In this document: positions 47,801-60,000 of the stretch, piece after piece
Position numbering within the stretch: position 1 is the first letter of the stretch
Layout of the letters: each line of letters opens with the position of its first letter
NCBI RefSeq assembly: GCF_037042905.1
Contig: NC_087245.1
Coordinates: 1,738,001-1,798,000 of the forward strand
DNA: 60,000 nt
Direction of reading: 5' to 3'
From: Lytechinus pictus
Lineage: Eukaryota
Program-made: the position numbers and the translations under genes
Notes under the pieces: model-generated
What the model was told of the DNA's origin: nothing
The model's input: only the letters and a program-made list of their open reading frames with translations
The model's database searches: none

Positions 47801-50800
47801 GCATGCAATGCGTGCATAGCGCATCGACGCGACGGCCGGAGCAAAAAAAATATTGACTCGATTTTCCCCGCCGCGCCTTCAAAATTTGATTCATCGATGT
47901 TCGATCGAATTAAAGCTGTCGAACACCAGTTTTCAAAATAATCGATATGACTCAGGCTTAATAGTTTTAGATACAAACATGTCATTACTCTTTTTTGGCG
48001 GGTTGCACGCATTACCAACCTAATGTTAACCCCAGAATGAAAAAAAATGGCCCTCATTTGTAGTTCTTACCTCTTATCTGTCAGGGGTAAGATTGTTATT
48101 CAAATATCCAAAACTAGAGATTGTTTCTTCAAGAGAAAAATCGTTTTAGGTTTGAACTGTCTTGTATATGAATTTGAAGATCATGATGAAGTGTTAAAAT
48201 GATTAATTGTCATTAAGACTTCTTTCAAGGACACTCAAATAATTTAAATAAGTTTGTTCTTAAAAAGGGAGATCTATTTTGTGGATGAATAAGATGTAAG
48301 TCAAATATGTCAAATTTATATTCTGTTGCAAGTGCCTAGTAAGTTTTTGAGATATGTTTGTCAATGTTCTCTCTAGTGCTAAAATCTCAAAATATAAATT
48401 ATTTGAATTCATCAAATTTTTACTTCATTAATATCCTACCACACAGATTCAGCAGCCCATTAACATTATGATGTCACATGATTGGCCTAGAGGCATATAT
48501 CACCATGGTGACAAAGATGACCTATTCCGCAAGAAGAAGTTTTTGGTTGAAGAAGTAAAGAGTAACACATTAGGTAAGGAATTCATTTTCTCACGTTTTC
48601 CACTTTCACTAAGCTTTTGATATTGATCAGTGTTTCTGTCATTTGGAACCTAGTAAAGGTGTCTTTTTAACCAGTGATTAATTGAAATTCATAATACTTG
48701 CTGTTAGGGAATGCAATTCAGTGGATTCACAATACTGAGACAATCTTCCATGATGTCAATGACTGCTTGTTAAAATGGGACTTGTATCTCAAAGGTTTGC
48801 AATCTTGACAGGTCTTGCTATAATTAAAACTCTACTACTACTTGCTGAGTCTCGATGCTGGTTTGAAATGCCCCCTCAAAGAAATCTAATAAAGTTATAT
48901 TTTGAATGGTTGCGTTTAGAAGTGCATTCTATGCCCTTATCATCAAATGAGATTGGTGGAGTACAGGGTGGAATTGCCAGTCACCTATAGGGGTAAACTG
49001 TGTCTTGTGTTTCTGAAAATTATGGGTACAGTGGATATTGCTATTTTTTGTATTTGATCACGTTCAGAAGATTTAAATTATCATTCTTAAGGGTATTTGA
49101 ATAATAAGACTGCAGCAAGAAAATTAGTTTTTGTTACTACATGTATTTCATTTTGAAGGGATTGTTTTTTCTCATATACCTTGTGGCAAGACTGCCCATT
49201 TTATCCCCGATTCAGCCTGACATGTGGTAAAACAAATAATGTACACATAGCTTTTAGGTGAAATATAATCAAAAGACCCCCAACCATATTTGTCATGCAT
49301 TAATGTTTTTGTTTTGATATAAGTGCTTCAAAAGCTTCAACACTTATAATGTACATTTTAATTGTTCTCCAGAGTATATCCAACTATACCATTTATTATT
49401 TCTGAAATAGAAATATTTGGAGAATCAAGACATTTTAATCTCCAAAGTTTTTTGTTTTTTCTTGATACAGGTAGTCCACCAGCTGAAGAGTTGCTCCATA
49501 ATCTCAAACCAGACTATTGGTTCTCAGCTCATCTTCATGTAAAGTTCTCTGCTTTGGTGGAACACAAGGTAGTTTATTAGCCCCTTTTTCTTTTCTCATA
49601 CAGTATAGTACAGATACATTGTGTGGAAGTCAGGGAGTTTTCATCATTGAGAATTGCACTGTTGAAAAAAATCTGATAAAAAAGTTTTCATTGTAATTCA
49701 AAAGTCTGATAAAGTCTATATAAGAAGTTGCAGTGTAGCATTTGCAGACCTATTAATTTGTTAGTTATTTTACAAAGATACATACTAAATGAATGAGAAT
49801 TTATGCATTCAACTGTAATTGGCACAGAAGAATGCGGATCCATCTTTCAAATGAACCCCATTCTCAGTTAATTTTTTTTTTTCAAGATGGCAATGAATCT
49901 GAAGCAAGTTCAGAGATAGCAAGAGTTCACCTTACCAGTGTATTTATTGTGGTGTTTACCGTAGCATGTGTTGCACACAGATACAATGTTTGCAGTGGAA
50001 ACAACCATGCCAATGTTTTGATATTCAACCTCTCCAATTTCGGTAAAATTTGGATAGTATTTATCAAATCAGGTATAGACAGTCATGTAAATTGTACTGT
50101 CCTTTGTATTTCAGGGTGATGATGGCTCTGTCAAGAAGACTACTAAGTTTCTTTCTACAGATAAATGCCTACCGGGCAGGGATTTCCTTCAGGTAATGTA
50201 CAGTTATATCCATTTTAGTATATTGCATTTGACCCTTCTGATAATAAATTATTTGTGGCCAAATCTCATCTTTTACCATTTATCATATTGCTGTAAATGT
50301 TTGCTTTCTCTCCCCCTAACACCCAACCCTGTATCCTGATATTTTCAATGAACTAAGCGTTGGTTAATTTCATCTCACCATTATTTATAATCCATGTTGC
50401 TCTTTAGACAGTACCCTTTTTTGAAAAAGATAATTCATTTCACAGAGCAGATTGCAATTGGTATATCTAGTGTTAACAATGATTACCATTGCTACAATGA
50501 GATGGGTACTGCAGCAGTGTAAATTCTTTGTATGAGAATGTGGATGTCAATTCTAAGAATTTCCTATGTGATTGGTTATGCCTTCATTCATTTTAGATTT
50601 TCTTTACATTGTCCAGTTATCTGATATTGCTGCAAATTGCCATTTTGATGACACCTGTCTCACAGAAATTCAAAAAATGGAAGTGTTAATAGATTTCTTT
50701 AAATTCTTAGAGAAATCTGAGAGGCCTGAATCAGCCAATAGTTCTGTTCTATTTCTTGGTTGGTATATATGTTCAGGTGTACATTTTTATTTTTTTTTAA

Positions 50801-52713
50801 TGTTTTCTTTCGAATCCTTGAACTCCCAGAGAAATCTGAGAGGCCATTTTAACATGAACAGTGACGTGGCTCTCTCTACAAGCAACTAATAATTTTTTAA
50901 TAATCATCATTCTGTACTCTTGGGTTATTGTTTTAATTATTGTTTTTCATTGCACACTTGTAGATTCTTGAATTCCCAGAAAAGTGTGAGAGGCCATTTG
51001 AGCTGAGCCTCGATACTGAATGGCTTGCTGTCCTTCAGGCGACCAATCATCTACTGACGACTTCAAGGGATATTGTTCATATGCCAAACCCTGGCTACTT
51101 CTCTAAGTAAGATAATGGACCTAGTTCACATAACAAAGGGTACAAATATTCAGAGATGTGTCCTTAGTGCACTAATCTGCATTGTCAGTCACATTATCTG
51201 ACTCTAAAATATCCTGAAAATATGGTCATATGTATTTGCAAGGCTGTCTTTCATATGATAAAGTTTACATAACACTGTCTTGTGACAAGTATGTTTAAAG
51301 GGAAAGTTCACCTTAACAAAAAAAAATTATTGCAAAAATAGCAGAAAATATAGTTTAAAAATATTGGTGAAGGTTTGAGGTAAATCCATAAAAGAATGAA
51401 ATAGTTATTAGAATTTTTTTTCATTTGTGGCGTCATATGTAAGGAGCTTTCCCATGTATCGTATAGTAAAAAAAATCTTTGAATTGTCATTTTCTCAGAA
51501 AATTGAAAATGGTGTTATTGTACCTTCAGTATATCAACAACAAAAAAAATCATCACAAACAATTAAAAATTGAAATTAATGCTTTTTATATTGCATAACC
51601 AAAGAGGTTATATGACGTCAGAAATTTTACATTCATCAAAATTAATTCAGGCTTCATCTTATTAGTCAGTGTTGAAGTATTTTTAACGGGGAACATTTAT
51701 ATAATTTCCTTGTTTATAATAGGTGGGATTACAGTGTGGATATGGAACAGCTAGCAGCAGTGAGAACTGCATTTGGAGATGATCTCAAACTACCAGACTC
51801 CTTTGATCAAACAGTCAGGGTGTATGACCCCAACAATATAGAAAGGAATCCCAAGCAACCTAATCTCATGATCAACCCTCAGACTACTGCACTATGCTCT
51901 AGACTACAGATTACAGACCCTTGCATCGTTCTCATGGGTGGGTCTGAGCCAGGTGAACTAGCTGGGCCGATTCTACCACCTCAAGATGAAACACACTCCG
52001 ATGACGGCAATGATGCAGATGATGACACATCAGAGTCATCCAGAATTCTCTTTGAGAGTTTCATTGACTCTGAAGCAGGGGCAAGTTTCTTGGACCTGTC
52101 TGTGAATGATTCAAGGAGAAGCAATAATTCCTCCAGGATGTCCATTGATCCAGAGTCTAGTCTGAACCCCGAGGAAATCTGTCTGAGCGATGATGATGAT
52201 GGTGGTGTGGAGAAAGAACAAGATAATGGTGATGGGAACATTGTGGTTGGAGGGAAAGCTGCAATTGATTCCCCATCAAATGTAGACTTCACTCCTTCTC
52301 CCATCAAGAGAACTTCACTATCTCTTCCAATCATTACTAAAACTCCAAGCGTTCCATCCCCTTCATCCGGTCTTGACAGTAATGTTCTGCCGGCTAAAGA
52401 CGAGCTGACAAATAAAATTCTCTTTGATGAACTTGATGAAGCAAAGGATCGAATTTCAAGCATGGATGGTGAGGTTTCTTCATTTGACTCTAGCACGCCA
52501 AGACATGGTCAAATAAAAAGAAGGAATTTAGAGGTGTACACATCTTCATCCCGTGATGCCTCAGATGAGGCTAGCATCTCGGACGATACTGACCGCAGTG
52601 GTGTCTTGAGCGATGATTCAAGACCAGATGTTATAACCATTAAAGGGGGGAGCGGTTCAAAAAAATTTAAAAGAAGGAATGTTGCCATATATACATCTAA
52701 TGAGGATGACTGA
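38783..52713 (+). CDS. dbr1: Lariat debranching enzyme (metallophosphoesterase), spliced CDS join(38783-38864,44155-44269,44647-44771,45600-45766,48447-48573,49471-49568,50115-50192,50964-51106,51723-52713), ~641 aa
   Basis: [79 protein letters not shown]-terminal KKFKRRN: collinear with metazoan Dbr1. Phases consistent; total 1926 nt. Confidence 0.97.
39491..43732. mobile_element. 4.2-kb non-autonomous TIR element with 8-bp TSD (P- or hAT-like)
   Basis: TIR CATATAGATGTATACTAATTACGCTAGAG / CTCTAGCGTTATTAGTATACATCTCTATG; TSD GGCAAGGA (39483-39490, 43733-43740). Confidence 0.85.
40177..41624 (-). mobile_element. Inverted, one-end-truncated copy of the 1038-2180 hAT-like MITE
   Basis: Reverse-complement similarity throughout; ends TAGTTACGCCACTG; extra internal repeat units. 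Confidence 0.88.
44155..44269 (+). CDS. dbr1: dbr1 coding exon 2
   Basis: [37 protein letters not shown]. Confidence 0.95.
44647..44771 (+). CDS. dbr1: dbr1 coding exon 3
   Basis: [41 protein letters not shown]. Confidence 0.95.
45600..45766 (+). CDS. dbr1: dbr1 coding exon 4 (lariat recognition loop region)
   Basis: [34 protein letters not shown]...[16 protein letters not shown]. Confidence 0.95.
46220..47960. mobile_element. Non-autonomous hAT-like element in dbr1 intron
   Basis: TIR TAAGCCTGAGTC / GACTCAGGCTTA; perfect 8-bp TSD ATAGTTTT; subterminal ATCGAT repeats. Confidence 0.9.
48447..48573 (+). CDS. dbr1: dbr1 coding exon 5
   Basis: [42 protein letters not shown]. Confidence 0.95.
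49471..49568 (+). CDS. dbr1: dbr1 coding exon 6
   Basis: [32 protein letters not shown]. Confidence 0.95.
50115..50192 (+). CDS. dbr1: dbr1 coding exon 7
   Basis: [26 protein letters not shown]. Confidence 0.94.
50688..50893 (+). pseudogene. Two decayed tandem copies of the 5' part of dbr1 exon 8
   Basis: 50814 ATCCTTGAACTCCCAGAGAAATCTGAGAGGCCATTT ([12 protein letters not shown]) versus exon ATTCTTGAATTCCCAGAAAAGTGTGAGAGGCCATTT ([12 protein letters not shown]); weaker copy at ~50690-50727. Confidence 0.75.
50964..51106 (+). CDS. dbr1: dbr1 coding exon 8
   Basis: [31 protein letters not shown]...; tag| and |gtaaga. Confidence 0.93.
51723..52713 (+). CDS. dbr1: dbr1 last coding exon (end of C-terminal domain and acidic disordered tail)
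   Basis: WDYSV...NPQTTALC...NPEEICL...[17 protein letters not shown] stop. Confidence 0.95.
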
Positions 52714-53669
52714 TATTGAAAGCTAATTTTGCCATGTGCAATTGACTATTTTGTATAATTGTCAGCAATTGTGCAACTATAACAAACATTAGGAAGTTTT
52801 CACTGTGTGGCATATAGAGGATTCAAGAACAGAAAAAATGTATTGCCCTTCATAACAAAGAACAACTAAGCAGTATTAGTCAATAATTGGTGGATCCAAT
52901 CAGCAGTTTAGTCCTGGATTCTGGACAAAACATATTTACAATGATATCGTCAGCTCCAAAACTTTGGACAAAATTGCTGCTACAGTTCACCATTTTTGGA
53001 CAAAGACCATCCAGCTTTTCTTTGTCATTTGACTGTTTTTCAATATAATTACTGTGTTCCTGAACCCTCTGTACATACTGGAGCGAAAACTCCATATACA
53101 CTTTCTTAAAACCAATTGCTTCTTATGAAATTTTATATTGGTGCTTTTAAATTTCCTCATTTTTGTACATTTTAAAATGTAAATAATAATTGTGAGTACA
53201 TTTTTTTACTATGTGTATAATATGGAATAATCGGGGAATTTTTTATTTGACTTCTACATTTTTATTCTTCCAGGAGGAAAGCGGTTTTAAGAATTTCAAC
53301 GAAGCTATTAAAGATTAACTTGAAGAAGGAGAAAATTATCCCAAATACACAAGTGAACATATAGAAGACTTGAAAGCAGGAACTATGTGCTGTTTTGAAT
53401 ATATCCCAGCTGTCCAGAGAATAGTGATAACTAATCTATTATCAGTGGATAGTGACATTTATAGATAACCACTGTTTATAGTCTTGAACAGATAATCTTT
53501 ACCAGAATCTGCATTGAACTTGACGTTTTAAAGGCAGAAAATTTGAAAATGGAACAACCTTGTTTTGCCTCTTCAAATTGCATGTTTGTGAGGAAAATTA
53601 TGTGATCATCCCCACAATGCCACAGCCCAACTTATCTGTGTAGGCAGTATTGATTTCTTATTTCCACTG

Positions 53670-53929
53670 ACAATACAATACAATATTGCAATTTGTATTG
53701 CACTCTTTACATTTACTGTATCACATTGCTTTACAAAGAAGAAAATACATGTACTCACAGAAAATTATGACAGAAAACTACATACGTTAATAAAAAATAC
53801 TAAACTATTAATAAGAAGTGTCTTTAAGGACCGCTGGAAAGCACCCAGAGATGACAATTCACGGATGCAACGAGGGATCTGATTCCAGAGGCGTGGCGCG
53901 GCAGTAGCGAACAACCTGTCCCCAAATGC
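53670..53929 (-). mobile_element. L2-clade LINE 3' end fragment
   Basis: Minus strand encodes FGDRLFATAAPRLWNQIPRCIRELSSLGAFQRSLKTLL (typical L2 ORF2 end), with a (TATTG)n tail. Confidence 0.8.
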
Positions 53930-56900
53930 CTAATCTTTTTTCACCTCTCCTCTTTTTTATTACATTCATCAGTCTTGAACATTTTCTCAGTAATTTATAA
54001 ATCACCAATTTCATCTTTTTTATCATGTATTAAAAGCAATGCTTTACTGTAATATTGACTATTTATTATCTGGTAAATTGGTATGTGAGAAAATCTGTAT
54101 GAAGTCTTATTTTGATATGATGCCAGCTACATTTTTAAGTGATCTCATTCAGTGACACAAGTTATACCCCTTCTGCTAATAAATGTGCATTTTACTTTAT
54201 GCTTCAACTCTTCAAAAGTGGTCCATAATTGAGCAGATGAACTAATTACATTGTGATTATTTTGTTATGATCCTGTGACAATTTCTGCACAAATCTGAAC
54301 AGGTTATTGTACACATACCTCTTTTAATTTGGACATGAACTGAAAAAAACTTTATTCGTCTTTTGAGTTTTTGTCTCCTTGTTTAAAAATAAAAGTTGCT
54401 TGCCTCTGCAAAATGATGTTATACTTCTTATGCCATTGAATTTGTACACAAAGATTTTGCTGAGCTTTTCAAGTATGAATGAGCCATTGTATTAGTCTTT
54501 GATTTCCCTTGGAGATTGTTCAGGCAATTATATTTCTGGTGACTGAAATAGATGATATCCAGAGTTTTGTAGTATATATAGTCTGTACAACCTGATTATG
54601 TAAATGATTTTAAATACCGTATAATGTAAGCATTTTAACATCGGATCTACAGCAAATTTGAATTTGAAATGTACAGGATTTGATATAATATGAATACACT
54701 GTATTTCAAGTTTGCACCAACAATAACGGTCAATTCATTTATTCATTACAGACAATCACTCCACTGATGTAACATCACTATTACTCAGAATCTAATAATA
54801 TACCTTTTCTCAAACAAGAAGTTTCAAGGTGTATTTCAAATAAATATTTCTATATAGCTATTAATATTAGGAACCTTATGATAACATGATTTAAAAGGGG
54901 GTAGTAACATGCAATTCCCTTCCAAAGTCAAATTTTAGCTCACTGTATTGTTAGGCATCCTTCATTTCAGAGTGCTCTTTCTTTTCTTTTTTTTACTTCT
55001 TTTTTTTCTTACTTAATGATTGAAATGCCATCCTTCAAAATTGAATGGTCCTACTGAAAATTGTCTGTTGACCTCAATTCATTTACAGATGACCCTGCTG
55101 ACTGTCAGATTCAGGGAAGTGTATTTAAATATTCACAAACATGTTGGCCAACAGTGCACTTCTAAGAACTTGCCACCGGAAATGGAAGTTGTCAGTTCTG
55201 GTATGGGGAAGAATGTACAAGGATTTGAATATTTGTTAGATACAATATTCTTGAAGGCTGCAAGAGGGTAACCTCATTGCACATTATATGTTAGTCATAA
55301 AATTGATTTCCTTTTATGTACATCCGTTACTTGGTAAATACCAATTGATGTCATATTCTCCATACAAACATGATGATGCAGAGATGGGGTGAGAGTTGCA
55401 TATAAAAAAAAAACTAGACAAATGATTGGAGGGACGACTGACTGTTCAGACACTGTCTTGACCCTCTGACCTTGTCTAATTTGAACACTTTGATGTGACA
55501 AATGATTTGAGAGGTAAACTACTACATGTATTAGCACACAATGACTGGCCTTGTCTTGTCAACTCGGAACGTTATTGTGCCACTGTTATTCCTTTCTTTA
55601 CTTCCAGTATTATACATCTCCTGTAGAGAGGCCATGCAAGAACTATTTTCCCTTGTGACTAGGATATCTTATAGTGGACCATTATTGATAAATCAAGACC
55701 CTGTAGAGATTCAGATTTCTTGGAATCACCAGTGATTGGAGGTTCCACATTTCCCTCTGGATTTTGTGCTGATCAATACTCTATTGTTAAGGACATGAAG
55801 GAAGTGTCTACTTTTTCTAGTATCAAGTCCCATTTTCATGAATAATTTGTATAGTGTTTGCTGTCAGTTTATTTCTTTATTAGATTATTTTTATGATTAT
55901 TCATTTCTCATTTTATTTGTCTTCCAAATTCTGTCCATAATGTTTTCTTTTTTTAAAATTATGATTATACTTTTGAAAGCCTAAACAGTCCAAATGCAAG
56001 AGATAAAATTCCTCCTTCACATGATCAAGAATGTGGGGTAAATTGTTTTATGAGATATTCTGCTGTCCCATGACCAAAGGAAGCAGCTGTTAATCTTTTT
56101 CCTGAAAAGGGCCATCCAAATTCCTTGTCATAAGCAAACATATGCCCACAAAAAGGATGCATCGTATTCTATGAGCATTGATAAATTCTTTGCCATGGAA
56201 ACCATGCGAAGTTACCTCATGATGAAACCAATGTTTAATCTCAGAGGACTTTGACAACATCTTGACCATGTTACAGAAATCTTAGCATTGATATTAAATT
56301 CTTCCATAATGAAATATCATATTGCTTACAATCAAAATCTAGGATTCCATGTAATTTACAATGAATCATGGCAATATTAATAGTAAGTTGTGATTAATAT
56401 TTTGTGAAGATACAATGATCGGTCGAGTTAAACCATCCCCATTATGTACAGTTAGCTAAGGATCTCTGTGGCAACCAATGTGTATTAATGAATTTGATAC
56501 TTGGCAAAATGCATTTCTTTCATTTTCAATGTCACTCTGTAGAAATGAGTTGTCTGTACTCTATATAAGCCTAAATAGTTACTTTTATTCACTGTGCATT
56601 TTTCTTTCAGGTTAAAATAATTGGATATTTCCGATTTGATTTATTTTATTTATCCTTGTCCTTCAAGATACCAATGGCATGCTGCATTTCTATACAGTTT
56701 CATCCACACATGAATTTGTCCTTTTCTTGGGAATTGTTTTTTGCTGATATCAATTTTGGGGATATTCTCATGAAATGTAAATATAAAAAAAACGATGAAA
56801 CACAAAAGCCAACATTTTTTATTTTATTTTGTGTATCGCCATTGAAATGAAAGTATTTAGTTCTAATATGAGAGAAGGTTTTGATGTTCTGAAAAACCCG

Positions 56901-57239
56901 AGAAAAAAACCCACTCCCATCCTCTTCCCAATAAATAGGAAGTGTTTGTGTGGAATCCCTTACATTTTTATATGGAATCACTTCCCTTTTTATATAACTA
57001 CTAGTATGTATTCTGTATTTCTCATTCTTTCTCTTGCATTTTGTATCTCATCATTCCCGATCCAAACTTATCAATGATGCGATGGAAATGGTGTCAAAGA
57101 GAGGGTGTCATGTTTGTTTCTCAATGATGGGGATAAAGTGGTAGGGTTGCTGCAGCAGGGGTGATACTTGTAGTGTGAGAGAGCATTGATGGTAGTTACT
57201 GAGGATGCAGTGGTGGGACTTCTACTGGTTGTACACCAC

Positions 57240-57599
57240 GGAGGAGCCATGGTGTAGTGGTTCTGACTCGCCTTGTAAACAGAGGGTCGTGTGTTCGAAT
57301 CCCTCCGCGGTCTGGCATTCTTTGGCAAGGCGTTAATCCACACTTTGCCACTCTCGACCCAGGTGCTAAATGGGTACCAGGTAGGATGTGAAAGTCATTG
57401 TAGCTTGTCTAGTACTGTGTGTGCCTCACTGGCGACTGACTGTAATACTCCCCAGGGAGTGGAGGATGTGCATACATCGTGTGTGGGAATGACTGATTGA
57501 ATCCGATGACCGGGGTAATAATATATCTGTAAAGTGCTTAGACACGTCGTTACGATGTAGTAAGCGCTATATAAAAGCGGTTTATTATTTATTATTATT
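57240..57599 (+). mobile_element. tRNA-derived SINE with L2-like tail
   Basis: A box TGGTGTAGTGG, B box GTTCGAATCC, core CTCGACCCAGGTGCTAAATGGGTACC, tail AAGCGCTATATAAA...(ATT)n. Confidence 0.85.
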
Positions 57600-59574
57600 G
57601 TATTATGAAAGTGATGTTAGTGGTAATGGAAGCTACATGTAGAATGCAGTGATTTTGCTACTGCTGGTGTTGAGGTTGTTTGGGGGTAGCACTAATTGTT
57701 GGGAATGCAGTGGTGGGGGTTACAGGTGGTGATGAATAGCAGTGATGGTAGTGGTGGTGGTTGTTAGGAACGTAGTACTGCTGCACTGCTTGTGTTGTTA
57801 AGGTAGGCATGGGAGCAGCACTCGTTGGGAATGCAGTGGTAGGGATTTGGGGGTTTGGGGATGATTGCTATAGTTTTGATGGTGATCGGTGAAGCAAAAT
57901 CAAGAGATGTTGATTACAATACAATGTTTATGATTATTTTTCGCACAAAGCTTTTGTGATAATGGCAACAAAGAGTCACAAAGCTGTCCTTCTAGGCGAC
58001 CGTTGGTTTCTATTAAAGGCAACAAAATACCAAACTTATTTTATTCTAAATGTCTTAATGCAGATAAGAAGGAAATGAGACACAGTGTAAGAAGCCCTAC
58101 ATGTGTTCAAATGACCTATAGTATCTTGCATTTACTACCAGAAAAATATGAATGACCTATATTATATATTTTAAAGGAAACAAGGAGAGGAAGCAAGCCG
58201 TTCATGGATAAGAATAAGATTCTAGGCCTATCTTATAGAACCCGCGATATTTTGTTCATTAACTCATACACATTTTCAAAATAAGCGGGTATTATTCATG
58301 TATGAGTAAGTTGATCGTGGGAAAAAGTCACATGTTTATTTTAATAAATAGGGGAATATTATGAACGATGATACCTGATAAGAAAGGGATAATAATATGG
58401 TATGCTATGAATGGGAAGGATATAAAGGCAATGGGGCAAGGAGCGAAAGAGTGATTATGAAAAGACTGTCCAGTAGCATATCTATGCTTTCATGTGGCGC
58501 AAGACAGGCAAAAATGGGGGGGGGGGGACCCGGCTGAAACGGGAAGGGAAAGACGAATATTGAATAATCAAAACAGCCATCAAAGTGATATAGAAGGGAA
58601 CAGCTTCGACGCAGACGACAGCTTCTGCTAAAGTGGCTCGATTTCACCGATAACCCTGGTTGTCAGATGTTATATAGATGGAGCTCAGTAGCACTTCTAG
58701 CGTTATTTTCCTTACAGTTTTCTTACTATTATTCTGATAATGTCGGAATCAAATTGAAGTTGAAAATGAAAGATATAATATTCGAATTACAATATATGCA
58801 TTATTCAAATACAACCCGAGGAGATGGTGAGAAGTAAAGGCTTGAACTTTAAGGGTTTCAGAAAGATAAAATGATAGATATATACGCGAAAGAGAAAAAA
58901 AGAATGGAGAGAACTTAATTTAGAGCCGAGACAGGAATCAATATTTTCTTTAGTGTGGGCAATTTGCAATACATGTATTTCCATCATGTCCATGGTGTGG
59001 GAGAGAAAGAATGAAATAATATTCAGAAATAACTAGTAGACGGGAGAAGAGGAAAGTAAGGAAATTCCTTTAAATATGAGAGGTGACGAAAAGTGCGTCT
59101 CGGGTATGAACGAACGAAGCCATGCAAGCGGGGACCAAATTTTCTAAAAGGGGGTAGACGGTATCATAGGGGTCAACTTGCATGTATTTCGTGCAACCAT
59201 CATTACTCAAAGTGGTTTTTCATTAGGTTAATTGTAGTGTTAGGAAGTCGGTAGAGGGGAGTGCAATTACTTGTGATGTCCCAAATATTTACGCATGTCA
59301 GTTACCTTGACGCTGTTAAAAGCGAAGTGACCTATTCGACAAGTATATGCTGATCTTTAATTTGCTTCTGCGTGTGATGCATAATTTTCCTTTTCTCTTG
59401 TAGCTTACACTTGACTGTTGAAATACGTGTAAAACGAAAGTTTATGACAAATTCAACAATTTACTGAATTTAGCTAATCGAATTCTAGTTTTTATTCCCG
59501 CAATTAGAAAGGCAAAGTTTAGAAAAGGGATAGGACCTTAGGTATATGCCTTGATTCGTGCGTCTGATGCCTTT

Positions 59575-59775
59575 AACACGACATTAGCTCCGGTCTTATC
59601 TCAAATTGCATATATAGGGTTAGAGTTAGGAGTGTAATACTATAGACTTTTTGGTTCATGATAGTGTAAAGGTTGGGGTTAGGGTTTAAGTTTTGGAGGT
59701 TAGGTTTTGTGTTTGTTTTAACGTGTAGATTTTCCATCGGATCAATAGTCGCCGGATCAAATGTCATGGAACACT
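59575..59775. mobile_element. Small MITE-like repeat with degenerate (TTAGGG)-like internal units
   Basis: GACATTAGCTCCGG / CCGGATCAAATGTC imperfect inverted ends flanking TAGGGTT-like repeats. Confidence 0.45.
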
Positions 59776-60000
59776 GATACCACCCCCCCCCCCCCCCATC
59801 TTGCTTCATCATGGAATGTAAAGTCATCACCTTCCATGTTAAGGTGACTTGGTCCTACCCCGATTCTGACAAAAATCAAATAGATAGTTATATATAGGCC
59901 TGTATGAAAAAAATGATATTAATAGACCTGACCGGGGGGGGGGGGGGGTTAGAGGAGTCCCCATGATAAACGTAATCTTTAAAAAGAAGATAAATGGGGA

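Noticed and set aside
51981..52496. 171-aa antisense ORF
   Set aside because: Shadow of the Ser/Asp-rich dbr1 last exon, with no recognisable domain
11374..52713. Functional clustering of staufen and dbr1
   Set aside because: Both act on RNA, but adjacency alone is no evidence in a eukaryote; conserved synteny would have to be shown
55531..55620. Possible last exon of a convergent minus-strand gene (ctctctacag|EMYNTGSK...RPVIVC-stop)
   Set aside because: Plausible acceptor, but the peptide is unrecognised and no partner exons were identified; needs transcript data
59615..59710. Telomeric repeat
   Set aside because: Few, degenerate TTAGGG-like units inside a small dispersed repeat

Overview
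AT-rich, intron-containing eukaryotic DNA. The repeat families and gene structure suggest a marine invertebrate deuterostome, probably a sea urchin (inference). Two + strand multi-exon RNA-metabolism genes can be assembled by hand with consistent GT-AG junctions and phases: staufen (13 coding exons, 11374-25085, ~870 aa; five dsRBDs, SSM, RKVTF motif) and dbr1, the lariat debranching enzyme (9 coding exons, 38783-52713, ~641 aa). The rest is dense with non-autonomous transposons, many with intact TIRs and TSDs (hAT-, piggyBac-, Kolobok-, Harbinger-, Sola-, Helentron- and foldback-like), plus tRNA-derived SINEs and L2/CR1/Penelope fragments. Most notable: a ~555-bp foldback element that would form long dsRNA in the predicted distal staufen 3'UTR (possible autoregulation); a Penelope-type minimal hammerhead motif; decayed tandem copies of a dbr1 exon; a three-level nested transposon in dbr1 intron 1; an intronic array of nuclear-receptor DR1 sites. 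No transposase, CRISPR array or true tRNA gene was found.
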